Below are positions 29,217 through 39,452 of a stretch of DNA of 64,000 nt, in pieces; position 1 is the stretch's first letter, and each line of letters starts with the position of its first letter. The notes under the pieces were generated by a model, which worked only from the letters and a program-made list of their open reading frames with translations, was not told the DNA's origin and searched no databases. The stretch spans positions 1 through 64,000 of the forward strand of contig JBDRWW010000004.1 in the NCBI GenBank assembly GCA_039802605.1, read 5' to 3'. Origin of the DNA: a candidate division WOR-3 bacterium (GTDB lineage Bacteria; Hydrothermota; Hydrothermia; LBFQ01). The position numbers were made by a program, and so were the translations under genes.

Positions 29217-30532
29217 CTCTTTATCTCTTGGGCCTTTTTAAGGGCTTCAAAGAATTTTTGGGGATCTTTTGGCGGTATGGGTTCAAGGGCTACAAAGTTG
29301 TAAGCTTCATCTTTTAGGTATGCCTTTGCAACCCTTTTTATATCTTCGTTTTTCACCTCCGAAACCTTTTTCGGGAATTCGTTAATTTTGTTCGGGTCTC
29401 CGTGTATTATCCAACTCCATCCCATGGCCATTGCAAGCCTCATAACGCTCTCCCCCTGTTCCACATAATCCACTATTGCGGATTTTTTAACCCTGTTCAA
29501 GAAACCTTCATCCACACCCTTTTCCCTTATCTCCTTCACATTTTCTAAGATTATCCTTTCAACCTCCGAAAAGTCCGCGTTTGGCTGTAAATTCACCCAG
29601 AATGTTATAATAGATGGGTCTATACCCTCATCAACCCAAACAGAATAAGAAGAAGCCTTGCCCCCTTCTATGAGGTCTTTGTAGAGTTTTGATGTTTTTG
29701 AGTTAAGGTAATTGGCCAAAACATTTAAGGCGTATATGTCGTCGCTTTTGCCCTCAGGTATATGCCAAGAAATCGCCAAAATTTTTGAAAAACCCTCCTT
29801 CTTCACATAACTCCTCCTTATACCCCTCTGCTCGGGTTCCCTAGTTTTAACATCCGGGATTTCGGAAGCGGGTGAATGTTTCCCAAAGTATTCCTTTGCC
29901 CATTCGTATATCTCTTCGGCATTTACATCTCCAACAACTATTAAAGCGGCGTTATTCGGGGCATAAAATGTGTTATAATACCTCTTAACATCTTCAAGGG
30001 TTATACCGTTTAAATCGCTCATCCAACCTATTACCGGATGTCTGTAAGGATGGGCTATAAAAGAAGTGGTATAAAGCATTTCATAAACTATACCTTCGGG
30101 CATATTCTCCGTTCTCCACCTCCTCTCCTCCTTTACAACCTCCCTTTCCTCATCAAACCCCTCAAATGTTAAATTCCTCATCCTATCCGCCTCCATTTGT
30201 ATAACCTCTTCAACCCTGTTTGACGGTATTATCGCGTAATATGCCGTAGCATCCCTTGTTGTAAAGGCGTTATCCGAACCCCCCATCCTGTCTATTATTT
30301 GACTGTAATCGCCCTTTATCCCCTTACTCGGCCTAAACATCATATGCTCCAAAAGGTGTGAGATTCCGGTTATTCCATAACTCTCATTCCTTGAACCAAC
30401 CCTATACCAAACCTGCACAGTTGCCACGGGTGATGAGTGGTCTTCAACCACAAAAACCCTTAATCCGTTTTCCAACTTAAACGCCTTTATCTCAACGGGT
30501 TTAATGTCCAACATTGCCGTTGCCATAATCAT
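29213..30532 (-). CDS. M16 (pitrilysin) family zinc peptidase
   Basis: LENGL, WYRVGS, HLLEHMMF (HxxEH), NAFT. Confidence 0.9.
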   Translation of the reverse strand: MIMATAMLDIKPVEIKAFKLENGLRVFVVEDHSSPVATVQVWYRVGSRNESYGITGISHLLEHMMFRPSKGIKGDYSQIIDRMGGSDNAFTTRDATAYYAIIPSNRVEEVIQMEADRMRNLTFEGFDEEREVVKEERRWRTENMPEGIVYEMLYTTSFIAHPYRHPVIGWMSDLNGITLEDVKRYYNTFYAPNNAALIVVGDVNAEEIYEWAKEYFGKHSPASEIPDVKTREPEQRGIRRSYVKKEGFSKILAISWHIPEGKSDDIYALNVLANYLNSKTSKLYKDLIEGGKASSYSVWVDEGIDPSIITFWVNLQPNADFSEVERIILENVKEIREKGVDEGFLNRVKKSAIVDYVEQGESVMRLAMAMGWSWIIHGDPNKINEFPKKVSEVKNEDIKRVAKAYLKDEAYNFVALEPIPPKDPQKFFEALKKAQEIKR

Positions 30533-30585
30533 AGTTTGTTATTCTAAGGCTGATAAAAATATTCCCCTTTATAATACCCGACTAA

Positions 30586-33300
30586 ATGAACAAAATGTTC
30601 GGTTTATATAAAAGGGCTATTATAAGGTTTAACAGGGTATTGGTGGCCTTAACGGTTATAACCGTTTTAGTTTTTTCCCTGGGGATATTTCGCCTAAAAC
30701 TTGAAACCGATATAACAAAGTGGTTGAGGAAGGACGATCCGGATGTTGCCCTGTTCAACCGGTTAAACGAAGATTTTTCTGCGGGGACATTGGTATTCAT
30801 AGGTTTGGAGTCAGATAACATATTTAGTCGGGAAGTTTTGGGCTTTATAAAAACCTTAACGGACACACTTAAAACCGTAAAGGGGGTTGAGGGTATAACA
30901 AGCCTCGCCAATACGGTTGATATAAAGGGGTATGAGGGTGGCATAGAGATTAGGGACCTTATGGAGGCGGTTCCCGAGGATCCAGAACCCCTAAGGGAAT
31001 ATGTGCTATCCAAGGAAAGGTATGTTGGGAATTTGGTTTCAAGGGATGGTAAAAGGACGCTTGTAATCGTAAGGATTTCCAAAGATGCCAATAATTCAGA
31101 GGTTGCGAAGAAAGTAAAGGAGTTGTGTTTGAATTTATCAAAGGGTTTAAATGTAAAACTTTATTTTGGTGGTAACCCCATACAGGTTTACGAAATTACC
31201 GGCGTTGTCCTATCGGATATTTTTAGGTTATTACCCATTGCCATAATCGTTGTTGCCATAATACTTTTTTCCGGTTTCCGCAGTAGGAGGGGGGTTATTT
31301 TAACCTTGCAGGTTGTTGGGTTTTCCACCGTAATGGTTATGGGACTTATGGGATATTTGGGGATTCCGGTTTCCGCGGTATCAAACATAATACCCGTTTT
31401 GCTTTTAAGTATAGGTTCGGCTTATGCCATACACTTTATAAACGGATATTACGACGCTTTATCAAGGGGTTTGGAAACAAAGGAGGCCGTTTTGGATTCC
31501 CTGGATAAAAAGTTTATACCCATATTCATGGCCGCCATAACAACCGCAATAGGCTTTATCTCCTTCATAGGCTCATACCTAATACCCATAAACAACTTTG
31601 GAATATTCACATCTTTGGGGGTAATTTTGGCCTTTGTTCTGAGTATAACATATCTGCCATCTATACTATCCATATTATCAAAGCCCTCATTTATTCCAAA
31701 AACGGAAAGGGATTACGGTATATTTAAACCCTTCATTTCCATATCCCTTAAAGCGGTTTCAAAAAACACCCTTACCTTATTGGCATATCTTATCCTCGTA
31801 TTTTTGGGATTGTTCGGTATAACTAGATTAAAGCCTTCCGTAAACCTCCTTGAATACTTTCCGCCCAAATCGGATGTTAGGATGTCTTCCCTTTTCCTTT
31901 CAAAGTATTTTGGAGGCGATTCACCCTTAAACATATACATAAAAGGGAATTTAAGGGATCCAAATGTTTTATACGAGGTTAGGAGGCTTGAAAAGTTTGT
32001 AAAAACCGTTGATGGTGTGGGTTCCGGTCAATCCATAGCGGATTTGGTTGCGGATATGAACAATGTAATAAACGGGATAAGGACCATACCGGAAAGTGGG
32101 GAAGGGGTGGCAAACCTTATGTTAATGCTTGAAGGAAGGGAAATCCTGAACCAAATGGTAAAACCCGATTACTCGGAAGGCCTTATAATTTTCAGGTATT
32201 CCCGAAAGGATGTTGATTCTATTAAAATGGCCAAAAAACTCGTTGAGGATTATATAAAGGAAAACATAGAAAAGGGGTTTATAGTGGTTCCGGCAAGTGA
32301 TAAAAGGGTTATAAACAGGGTTGCCGAGGAGATTTATTACGACCTTTTAATAAGGGGTTGGAGGGCTGAAAAGACAAAAGTGGTTGATGTTTTGGAAAAA
32401 GCCCTCAATTTGGAGTTTAAGCCCGATTTGGAGGCATTGAAAAGAAGGATTTACGATTATTTAACGGTTGAATCCCCTAAGATAATTGAAAAAGAAAGGG
32501 TAATCACCCTTTTAAAGGGTATCCCTGAGAATGTTGAATTTATACCGGAGTATGTTGCGGAGAGGGTTGGGGGCGAATTTAAGGATATCATAAGGGGGGA
32601 TTTGGATTTTATTTTAAAACAGGAGGTTAAAAGGCAAAGGGTTGAAAGCGTTTATGCCAGTATATTAACGATTATTCCAGAAAACCTGCGGCAAAACCCC
32701 GAATTGGCGGTGGATATAAAGGGGGATATATCCCTTCTTTTAAGGGATAGTGTTATGATACCGGCGGATGGCGGTAAAAGGATAATGGATGTAAAGGTTT
32801 CCGGTCTCCTTCCCATATACGCAAAAATAAGCGATCAAATTATAAAGAGTCAGATAACCAGTCTGGCAATAGCATTAATTTCCGTATTCCTCCTAATTGG
32901 CATTATATTTAGGTCTTTTTATCTGGCCACACTCTCAACCATTGCCATCTTTATAGTTATCCTTGCCAATTTCGGAATTATGGGGATTTTGGGAATTCCA
33001 TTAAACAACGCTACGGTTTTAATAGCTTCAATAGCGGTCGGGATAGGAATAGACTACATAATACACTTCCTTTCGGATTACAGGAAGGAAGGTGATGTTG
33101 AAGGTGTTATAAGAACCACGGGAAAGGCTATATATTTGAACGCCTTAACCGTTTCTTTGGGTTTTGCCGTTTTGTTATTTGCAAACATGATACCGCTTAG
33201 ATATTTGGGAGGTTTAATAGGCTTGACGATGATTTTAAGCGCCTTGGTTTCAACAACCCTTTTGCCCTCAATGTTGAAAATAAAAGGAGGTATAAGATGA
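30586..33300 (+). CDS. RND/MMPL-family transporter
   Basis: Two membrane-domain repeats; SIGSAYAIH, TTAIGF, GIGIDYIIH. Confidence 0.85.
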   Translation: MNKMFGLYKRAIIRFNRVLVALTVITVLVFSLGIFRLKLETDITKWLRKDDPDVALFNRLNEDFSAGTLVFIGLESDNIFSREVLGFIKTLTDTLKTVKGVEGITSLANTVDIKGYEGGIEIRDLMEAVPEDPEPLREYVLSKERYVGNLVSRDGKRTLVIVRISKDANNSEVAKKVKELCLNLSKGLNVKLYFGGNPIQVYEITGVVLSDIFRLLPIAIIVVAIILFSGFRSRRGVILTLQVVGFSTVMVMGLMGYLGIPVSAVSNIIPVLLLSIGSAYAIHFINGYYDALSRGLETKEAVLDSLDKKFIPIFMAAITTAIGFISFIGSYLIPINNFGIFTSLGVILAFVLSITYLPSILSILSKPSFIPKTERDYGIFKPFISISLKAVSKNTLTLLAYLILVFLGLFGITRLKPSVNLLEYFPPKSDVRMSSLFLSKYFGGDSPLNIYIKGNLRDPNVLYEVRRLEKFVKTVDGVGSGQSIADLVADMNNVINGIRTIPESGEGVANLMLMLEGREILNQMVKPDYSEGLIIFRYSRKDVDSIKMAKKLVEDYIKENIEKGFIVVPASDKRVINRVAEEIYYDLLIRGWRAEKTKVVDVLEKALNLEFKPDLEALKRRIYDYLTVESPKIIEKERVITLLKGIPENVEFIPEYVAERVGGEFKDIIRGDLDFILKQEVKRQRVESVYASILTIIPENLRQNPELAVDIKGDISLLLRDSVMIPADGGKRIMDVKVSGLLPIYAKISDQIIKSQITSLAIALISVFLLIGIIFRSFYLATLSTIAIFIVILANFGIMGILGIPLNNATVLIASIAVGIGIDYIIHFLSDYRKEGDVEGVIRTTGKAIYLNALTVSLGFAVLLFANMIPLRYLGGLIGLTMILSALVSTTLLPSMLKIKGGIR

Positions 33301-34022
33301 AAGGATTAAAGGCAATATTGCCGATGCTTTTGGCGGGGAACCTTTATGGATTAAGTGGCAATGATATATTAATCGGGGTGGATTCGGTTATGAACGCCCC
33401 AAAGGATAGAAAAACCTTGATGAAGATGACGCTAATAGACGGTAAGGGGAACGAAAGGGTAAGAACCGCCGAATCATATCAAAAGGGTAGAGATAAAAGG
33501 CTTATAAAGTTTATTACACCGGCGGATCAAAAGGGTGTAAGCTTCTTAGCCCTTCCAAACGATGTTATGTATGTTTATTTCCCCGCTTTTAGGAGTGTTA
33601 GGAGGGTGGCATCCCATATAAAATATCAGGAATTTGCCGGAACGGATTTAACATACAACGACCTCGGTTCTTTCGGTTATTCCAAGGACTACAATGCCGA
33701 AATCGTAGGTGAGGATGATGTGTCTTATATCTTAAAATTAACCCCAAAACCCGGAACGGATAAACCATATTCATACCTTAAAATGTGGGTTGATAAAAAG
33801 ACATTTCTGCCCCAAAAGGTTGAACATTACGACAAATCCGGCTCTCTATGGAAGGTTATGAGGATTGAGGGGGTTAAAAACATCAAGGGTTATAACATAC
33901 CCTATAAGATCTCGGTTGAGAATGTGAAGAAAAAACATAAAACCATAATGGAGTTTGAAAATATGGAGGTGGATGTGGGTTTGAGCGATGATATATTCAC
34001 CGTTAGTTATATGAGGAGGTGA
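33297..34022 (+). CDS. Outer-membrane lipoprotein-sorting (LolA-like) protein
   Basis: FITPADQKGVSFL, YFPAFRSVRRV, FAGTDLTYND; SD AAGGAGG. Confidence 0.8.
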   Translation: MKGLKAILPMLLAGNLYGLSGNDILIGVDSVMNAPKDRKTLMKMTLIDGKGNERVRTAESYQKGRDKRLIKFITPADQKGVSFLALPNDVMYVYFPAFRSVRRVASHIKYQEFAGTDLTYNDLGSFGYSKDYNAEIVGEDDVSYILKLTPKPGTDKPYSYLKMWVDKKTFLPQKVEHYDKSGSLWKVMRIEGVKNIKGYNIPYKISVENVKKKHKTIMEFENMEVDVGLSDDIFTVSYMRR

Positions 34023-34026
34023 AAAC

Positions 34027-35310
34027 ATGATTTTGCTTTTGGTATCCGATATAAACGGCGATGTTTTGGGATATTATAGGTATTGTTTTGGTTGCGATAC
34101 GGCGAGATGGACATGGAACGAGGAAAGGCTTGAATTGAGGTTTTCGGGTTCATCCGATAAGGTTTCTTATGGTGCGGATTTCAGGTTTAGGGTATTCGGA
34201 ATCCCGAATATAAACGGCCTTTCGGATATACAGAGGAGGGATAAGGGTGGAATTTCTCCAATATATGTTCAACCTAGGGAGGCGTTTATTACGCTTTACG
34301 ATATACCTTTTGGCGGTTTAGAGGTTTCCGTAGGGAAAAAGGTTATATCTTGGGGGAAGGCCGACGGAATAAATCCAACATCCCAAATATCCGTTTACGA
34401 TTATGAGGATTTCTTTGACATAGGGGCAAAATTGGGAACAAACGGTATAAACATCAGGTATTCCCTTGGAAACTTTTGGGTTGAAGGGGTTTTTTCAACA
34501 TTCTCCCCAGATGCCATCCCGCCAGATCCCTATTCTTCCGTTTTCTTCTCCTCTTTTCCCGATACCATAAACATCGTTGCGTTAAACGACACCATTAATA
34601 TTCCCAAAAACGGCCTTAGGGGGCCTTCCGAATTTGCAATTAGATTTGCCGGAACCGTAAAGGGTATAGACCTTTCCCTTATATACTTTCGCGGGTATGA
34701 TGGAATACCTTATCCCAAGAGAATTGATATAACCCCTTACAACCTCATTGAAAAACAGGTTAAGATAAACCTGATTATGGAATATCCCAAGTATCATATG
34801 TTGGGTTTTAACTTCGCCTCAACCCCTTTTAATTTGGGTTTTTGGGGGGAATTCGCGCTCTTCATTCCCGATTCCTTTGAAACCCAAAAGAGGCTTTTAT
34901 TACCCGACCCCTTCGGTTTTGACTCCGTTACTCTAACATTTCAACCGAACAAACCGTTTTTAAGGTTCGTATTGGGTTGGGATTACACATTCCCAAAGGG
35001 TATATACGCAAACTTACAATACATAAGGGGATTTATAAACGAAAGGTCAGCCGACAGTTTAAGGGATTATTTTATTCTACGCATGGAAAAGACATTCTTT
35101 GACGGGAACTTAAAGGTTATGCCGGCCAACCTGCTATTAGAAGTGGGAAATTGGGGGAATATTGTGTGGATACCGGCATTTGAGTATTACCCCGTTGATA
35201 ACCTAACCGCTTCCTTTGGCGTATTGTTAATATGGGGTAAGGGGGATTCTCCGCTTGCAAGGATGGAAAAAATAGACGAAGCCTTTTTCAGGATAAAATA
35301 CAGTTTTTAA
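34027..35310 (+). CDS. Outer-membrane beta-barrel protein (DUF1302-like)
   Basis: REAFI...VGKKVISWGKADGINPT motif; C-terminal IKYSF; follows RND and LolA-like genes. Confidence 0.65.
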   Translation: MILLLVSDINGDVLGYYRYCFGCDTARWTWNEERLELRFSGSSDKVSYGADFRFRVFGIPNINGLSDIQRRDKGGISPIYVQPREAFITLYDIPFGGLEVSVGKKVISWGKADGINPTSQISVYDYEDFFDIGAKLGTNGINIRYSLGNFWVEGVFSTFSPDAIPPDPYSSVFFSSFPDTINIVALNDTINIPKNGLRGPSEFAIRFAGTVKGIDLSLIYFRGYDGIPYPKRIDITPYNLIEKQVKINLIMEYPKYHMLGFNFASTPFNLGFWGEFALFIPDSFETQKRLLLPDPFGFDSVTLTFQPNKPFLRFVLGWDYTFPKGIYANLQYIRGFINERSADSLRDYFILRMEKTFFDGNLKVMPANLLLEVGNWGNIVWIPAFEYYPVDNLTASFGVLLIWGKGDSPLARMEKIDEAFFRIKYSF

Positions 35311-35355
35311 AAGAAGACCTATTGGATGAGGGTACGGCGTTAGAATTCACACCTG

Positions 35356-35856
35356 ATGAGGAGGGTGGATGAATTCATAAGTTTTTCAAGGGAAATATCT
35401 TCGCTGAGATTGAGGAGGGAGTTGGAAAGGGCCAATTTGGATTTAAAGATTTCCCTATACAACCTTTTGAGGGATTATGAGGGTTTGAAGAGGGTTATGG
35501 AAGTTAGGGTTAAACAGAACGAGGAGAGGACAAAGGAGAGGTTTATAAGGGAAATAATCCCACTCCTTGAAGATATAGACAGGCTGTTAAATCACATAAA
35601 TTCCCTTGACATTCCGGAAAACGCTAAGGAATCCGTTAAAATCATTCTCAGAAAGGTTGAGCATAACCTTAAAAACCTCGGAATAGAAAAGGTTATGCCT
35701 TCCGTAGGGGATGATTTTGACCCCTCAATATGCGAAGCCCTAACAGTGGTTAATACGGGTGATGTGCCTAAGGGTAAAATAGCGGTTGTATTCGAGCCGG
35801 GATGGAGGTTTGAGGGGAGACTTATAAAACCGGCGAGGGTAGGGGTTGCGAATTGA
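35356..35856 (+). CDS. grpE: Nucleotide exchange factor GrpE
   Basis: Coiled N-terminal half; GDDFDPSICEA; GWRFEGRLIKPARVGV. Confidence 0.85.
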   Translation: MRRVDEFISFSREISSLRLRRELERANLDLKISLYNLLRDYEGLKRVMEVRVKQNEERTKERFIREIIPLLEDIDRLLNHINSLDIPENAKESVKIILRKVEHNLKNLGIEKVMPSVGDDFDPSICEALTVVNTGDVPKGKIAVVFEPGWRFEGRLIKPARVGVAN

Positions 35857-37616
35857 AGCTAGTAATATATTCCAAAGGGAATAGGTTATATTTGGCATTG
35901 GGAGAGTTTGAGAAGGGGGTTTTCTTAGGGGAGGATGAACTGGGTAGGCCTGTGAAACTCAAAAGGGTGGATTTTTTATGCGGGGATGTAAAGGTTAAAC
36001 CGGATTTTAATACCATTAGAGAACTCGTTAAGGAGGATGATATAAGGCAGGTTTGGGAACTCGGCGAGGACTTGGATATTAAAACCTTATGCGAAATCCT
36101 CGGGAACGATTCCCCGGAATTTAAAGCATCCGTTTATTTGGTTTTGAACTCAACCCCTTATTTCAAGTTGGAGGGAGAAATACTGCGCAGGAGGGATGAA
36201 AATCAGGTAAAAAGTATAATCGAGGCCGAAAAGGCGAAGGATAGGGAAGAGGAGATATTAAAGGGCATTGAAAATATCTTAAAGGGAATGAAGACGGAAA
36301 TTTTGGAGGAGGTCTTAAATATTTACAATTACGGTTCCGGCGATAGGGATGTTGAAAGGGTTATAAAGAAAATTCCGGACTTTTGGAATAAATTCTTGGA
36401 TGCGGGTCTTGTGGGTATAACGGATATAAGCTTTGAGATCAGGGCACTGATGAACGATAACACTGGGGATTGTATCGGTATGGATTTCCATTACGAGGAC
36501 TTAACGCACTTGGATACTTTTTCCGTAGACGATGAGGATACGGAAGACATAGACGATGCCATATCGATTTGCGGGAACAAATTGTACATACACATAGCGC
36601 TACCTTATGCCTTTTGCCGGAGGGGTTGTGAGGCGGATAGGGAGGCCTTGAATAGGGGGGCAACCCTATACCTTCCGGATGGGAAATGGCACATGTATCC
36701 CAAAGAGGTGGTAAAAAACTCATCCCTTTTGCCCGGATACGAAAGGCCAACCCTTACTATGGAGGTTGATTTTGATAAAAATTTTGGGATAAAGGGATAC
36801 AGGTTTAAGGTGGCAAAGGTTATAAACAAGAGAAGGCTTTCTTACAAGAATGCCGAGGAAACGCTTAAAAGTATGGGTATATGGGAAGACCTCATGCGCA
36901 TAAGCGGTTATCTTAGGGATTTGAGGGTTAAAAGGGGTGGGGTGGTAATAGACAACCACTTTTTAAAGGTTTTGTTAAGGGATGGTGAAATCCTCATAAG
37001 CGTTGAACCCCCAAACGATGCTTCAAGGATTATAACCGAATTGATGATATTTTACAACTCAAAGGCGGGTGAATTTTTGGCCAATAGAGGAATTCCCGCC
37101 ATTTTTAGGGTTCAAAACGAACCCGTTGAAGGCGAAATTCCCGAACCCAACGACCCATTATACTATCCAAAGATAAAATCCCTTTCAAAGCCCATAACAT
37201 CAAGTACAAAACCGGGACCCCACTTAACAACCGGCGTGGATTACTATACTAGGGTCACATCGCCAATAAGGAGGTATTCCGATGTTTTAAACCAACACCA
37301 AATTTTGGCCGCTTTGGGATACATCGAGCCTTTAAAAGAGGAAGTATTAGCCGAAGAAATGCAAAGGGCACTATCCGGAGAATATAAGAGGCATAATGCC
37401 CAAAGAAACAGGACAAACTTTTTGATTTTGCATAAAATACTTTTGGACGGTTTGGTTGAGGGCATAGCTTATAACGAAACCTATGTGTTCTTACCCGAGT
37501 ATTTGTTTTTAAACGCAAAGAGCACAAAAAGGTTGGAGGTTGGAAAGCGTTATAAATTTAGGGTTAAAAGGGTCTTCTTTTCGTCCCAAAAGGTTATCCT
37601 TTCCCCCTTAGAATAA
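35853..37616 (+). CDS. RNB-domain exoribonuclease (RNase II/R family)
   Basis: FSVDDEDTEDIDDAIS catalytic motif, TLYLP, TSPIRRYSD. Confidence 0.85.
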   Translation: MKLVIYSKGNRLYLALGEFEKGVFLGEDELGRPVKLKRVDFLCGDVKVKPDFNTIRELVKEDDIRQVWELGEDLDIKTLCEILGNDSPEFKASVYLVLNSTPYFKLEGEILRRRDENQVKSIIEAEKAKDREEEILKGIENILKGMKTEILEEVLNIYNYGSGDRDVERVIKKIPDFWNKFLDAGLVGITDISFEIRALMNDNTGDCIGMDFHYEDLTHLDTFSVDDEDTEDIDDAISICGNKLYIHIALPYAFCRRGCEADREALNRGATLYLPDGKWHMYPKEVVKNSSLLPGYERPTLTMEVDFDKNFGIKGYRFKVAKVINKRRLSYKNAEETLKSMGIWEDLMRISGYLRDLRVKRGGVVIDNHFLKVLLRDGEILISVEPPNDASRIITELMIFYNSKAGEFLANRGIPAIFRVQNEPVEGEIPEPNDPLYYPKIKSLSKPITSSTKPGPHLTTGVDYYTRVTSPIRRYSDVLNQHQILAALGYIEPLKEEVLAEEMQRALSGEYKRHNAQRNRTNFLILHKILLDGLVEGIAYNETYVFLPEYLFLNAKSTKRLEVGKRYKFRVKRVFFSSQKVILSPLE

Positions 37617-37623
37617 CCCGCCT

Positions 37624-39282
37624 ATGCGACAGAGCCTTTCCCTCATAAGAACATACAGAGAAGCGCCTTCGGAAGCCGAAACAAAAAGCCATAAACTTTT
37701 GGTTAGGGGGGGATATGTTAGACAACTAACAAGCGGGGTATATACATTTTTACCATTGGGTTGGAGGGTTTTGCACAAGGTTATAAACATAATCAGGGAA
37801 GAGATGAACTCCATAGGGGCTCAGGAACTTTTAATGCCCTCTCTAACCCCATCATCCCTATGGAAGGAATCCGGTAGGTGGGAAAGCTTTGGCGATGACA
37901 TGTTCCGTTTAAAGGATAGGAAGGGCAGGGAGTACGCTTTGGCGCCCACGCATGAGGAGGTTATATCGGAAATAGCAAGGGAATTCGTAAAATCCTACAA
38001 AGACTTACCCCAGATTTGGTACCAGATACAGACGAAATTTAGGGATGAGCCTAGGCCAAGGGGTGGTATTTTGAGGGTTAGGGAATTCATAATGAAGGAT
38101 TCTTATAGCCTTGATGCCTCTTGGGAAGGCCTTGATGAGAGTTATTCCTTACACAGGGAGGCGTATAAGAGGATTTTTACGAGGTGTGGCTTGAAGTTTA
38201 TACATGTTAAGGCATCAACGGGCTTAATGGGGGGTAAAGAAAGCGAGGAGTTCATGGTTATATCGGATGCAGGTGAAGATAAGTTGGCGTATTGTCCCAA
38301 CTGCGGGTGGGCGGCTAATGTTGAAGTTGCCCCGGTTGTTGATAAAGGGGAGAAAGTGGAGTTAAATTACGAAATGCCCGAATTGGTTTATACACCCAAT
38401 GCAAGAAGCGTTGAAGAGGTATGCACCTTCTTGGGTATAGAACCCAAATACTTGGTAAAAACCCTGGTTTATATCACGGATGAAGAACCCGTAATGGTTT
38501 TGGTAAGGGGCGATCACGAGGTTAATGAGAATAAATTGGCACAAATATTAAAAAACCCGAGATTGGCGACCCCCGAAGAAGTAAAAGGACTCCTTGAAGT
38601 TGATGTGGGTTTTGTTGGGCCAGTTGATGTAAAGATGAGAAAGATAGCGGATAATTCTATAAAGTATATGAAGGGTTTTGTTGTGGGTGCAAACAAACCC
38701 AACTACCATTTAATAGGGGTTTCCTTGGATGATATAGAGGATGTTGAGTTTCATGACATAAGGATGGTCGCCCGGGGTGATATGTGTCCAAAGTGCGGGG
38801 AGGAATTGTCCGTTAAGAACGCGATAGAAGTGGGTCATATTTTCAAGTTGGGGACGAGGTACTCCGAAAGTATGGGGGTTTATTTTACGGATAAGGATGG
38901 GGATAGGAAACCGGTTATAATGGGGAGTTATGGCATAGGCCCGGGTAGAATAATGGCTAGCGCCGTTGAACTATACGGTACAGAGGATTCTATGATTTGG
39001 CCAAAAAACATATCCCCCTTTGATGTTCATATTATAGACATAGTAGGGGAAGGTGATGAGGTTTATGAGGTGCTACAAAAAGCGGGTTTTGATGTTTTAT
39101 GGGATGACAGAAGGGAAAGCGCAGGGGTTAAGTTTAAAGACGCGGATTTGATAGGGGTTCCCATAAGGGTAGTTATAGGGAAGCACTGGGAAGAGGATAG
39201 GGTTGAAGTTCAGGATATATCAAAGGGGGAATCAAAGATTATCCACAGGGAAAACCTTATAAACTTCCTCAAAGAAGCGTAA
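37624..39282 (+). CDS. proS: Proline--tRNA ligase (bacterial type with editing insertion)
   Basis: PTHEE, KFRDEPRPRGG, EVGHIFKLG, MGSYGIG, GVKFKDADLIG. Confidence 0.97.
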   Translation: MRQSLSLIRTYREAPSEAETKSHKLLVRGGYVRQLTSGVYTFLPLGWRVLHKVINIIREEMNSIGAQELLMPSLTPSSLWKESGRWESFGDDMFRLKDRKGREYALAPTHEEVISEIAREFVKSYKDLPQIWYQIQTKFRDEPRPRGGILRVREFIMKDSYSLDASWEGLDESYSLHREAYKRIFTRCGLKFIHVKASTGLMGGKESEEFMVISDAGEDKLAYCPNCGWAANVEVAPVVDKGEKVELNYEMPELVYTPNARSVEEVCTFLGIEPKYLVKTLVYITDEEPVMVLVRGDHEVNENKLAQILKNPRLATPEEVKGLLEVDVGFVGPVDVKMRKIADNSIKYMKGFVVGANKPNYHLIGVSLDDIEDVEFHDIRMVARGDMCPKCGEELSVKNAIEVGHIFKLGTRYSESMGVYFTDKDGDRKPVIMGSYGIGPGRIMASAVELYGTEDSMIWPKNISPFDVHIIDIVGEGDEVYEVLQKAGFDVLWDDRRESAGVKFKDADLIGVPIRVVIGKHWEEDRVEVQDISKGESKIIHRENLINFLKEA

Positions 39283-39310
39283 AGCGATTAATGGATAGCA
39301 GAGCACTCTA

Positions 39311-39452
39311 TACCCCTTTCCTGACATTTTACAACGGCCACTTCGGCGGGTGAACAGGCCGGACTCTTATCGCGCCAAATTGGTCACCAATTGCCGTATT
39401 CCTTGTATTCCAGTGGGCGTTCACCTCCACTTGGGCACAGGAAGAGGACCCC
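39311..39452. ncRNA. Putative structured non-coding RNA (rod-like, possibly 6S-like)
   Basis: GC-richer intergenic segment with nested complementary blocks TTCCTG/CAGGAA, GGTGAAC/GTTCACC and AATTGG/CCAATT. Confidence 0.4.
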
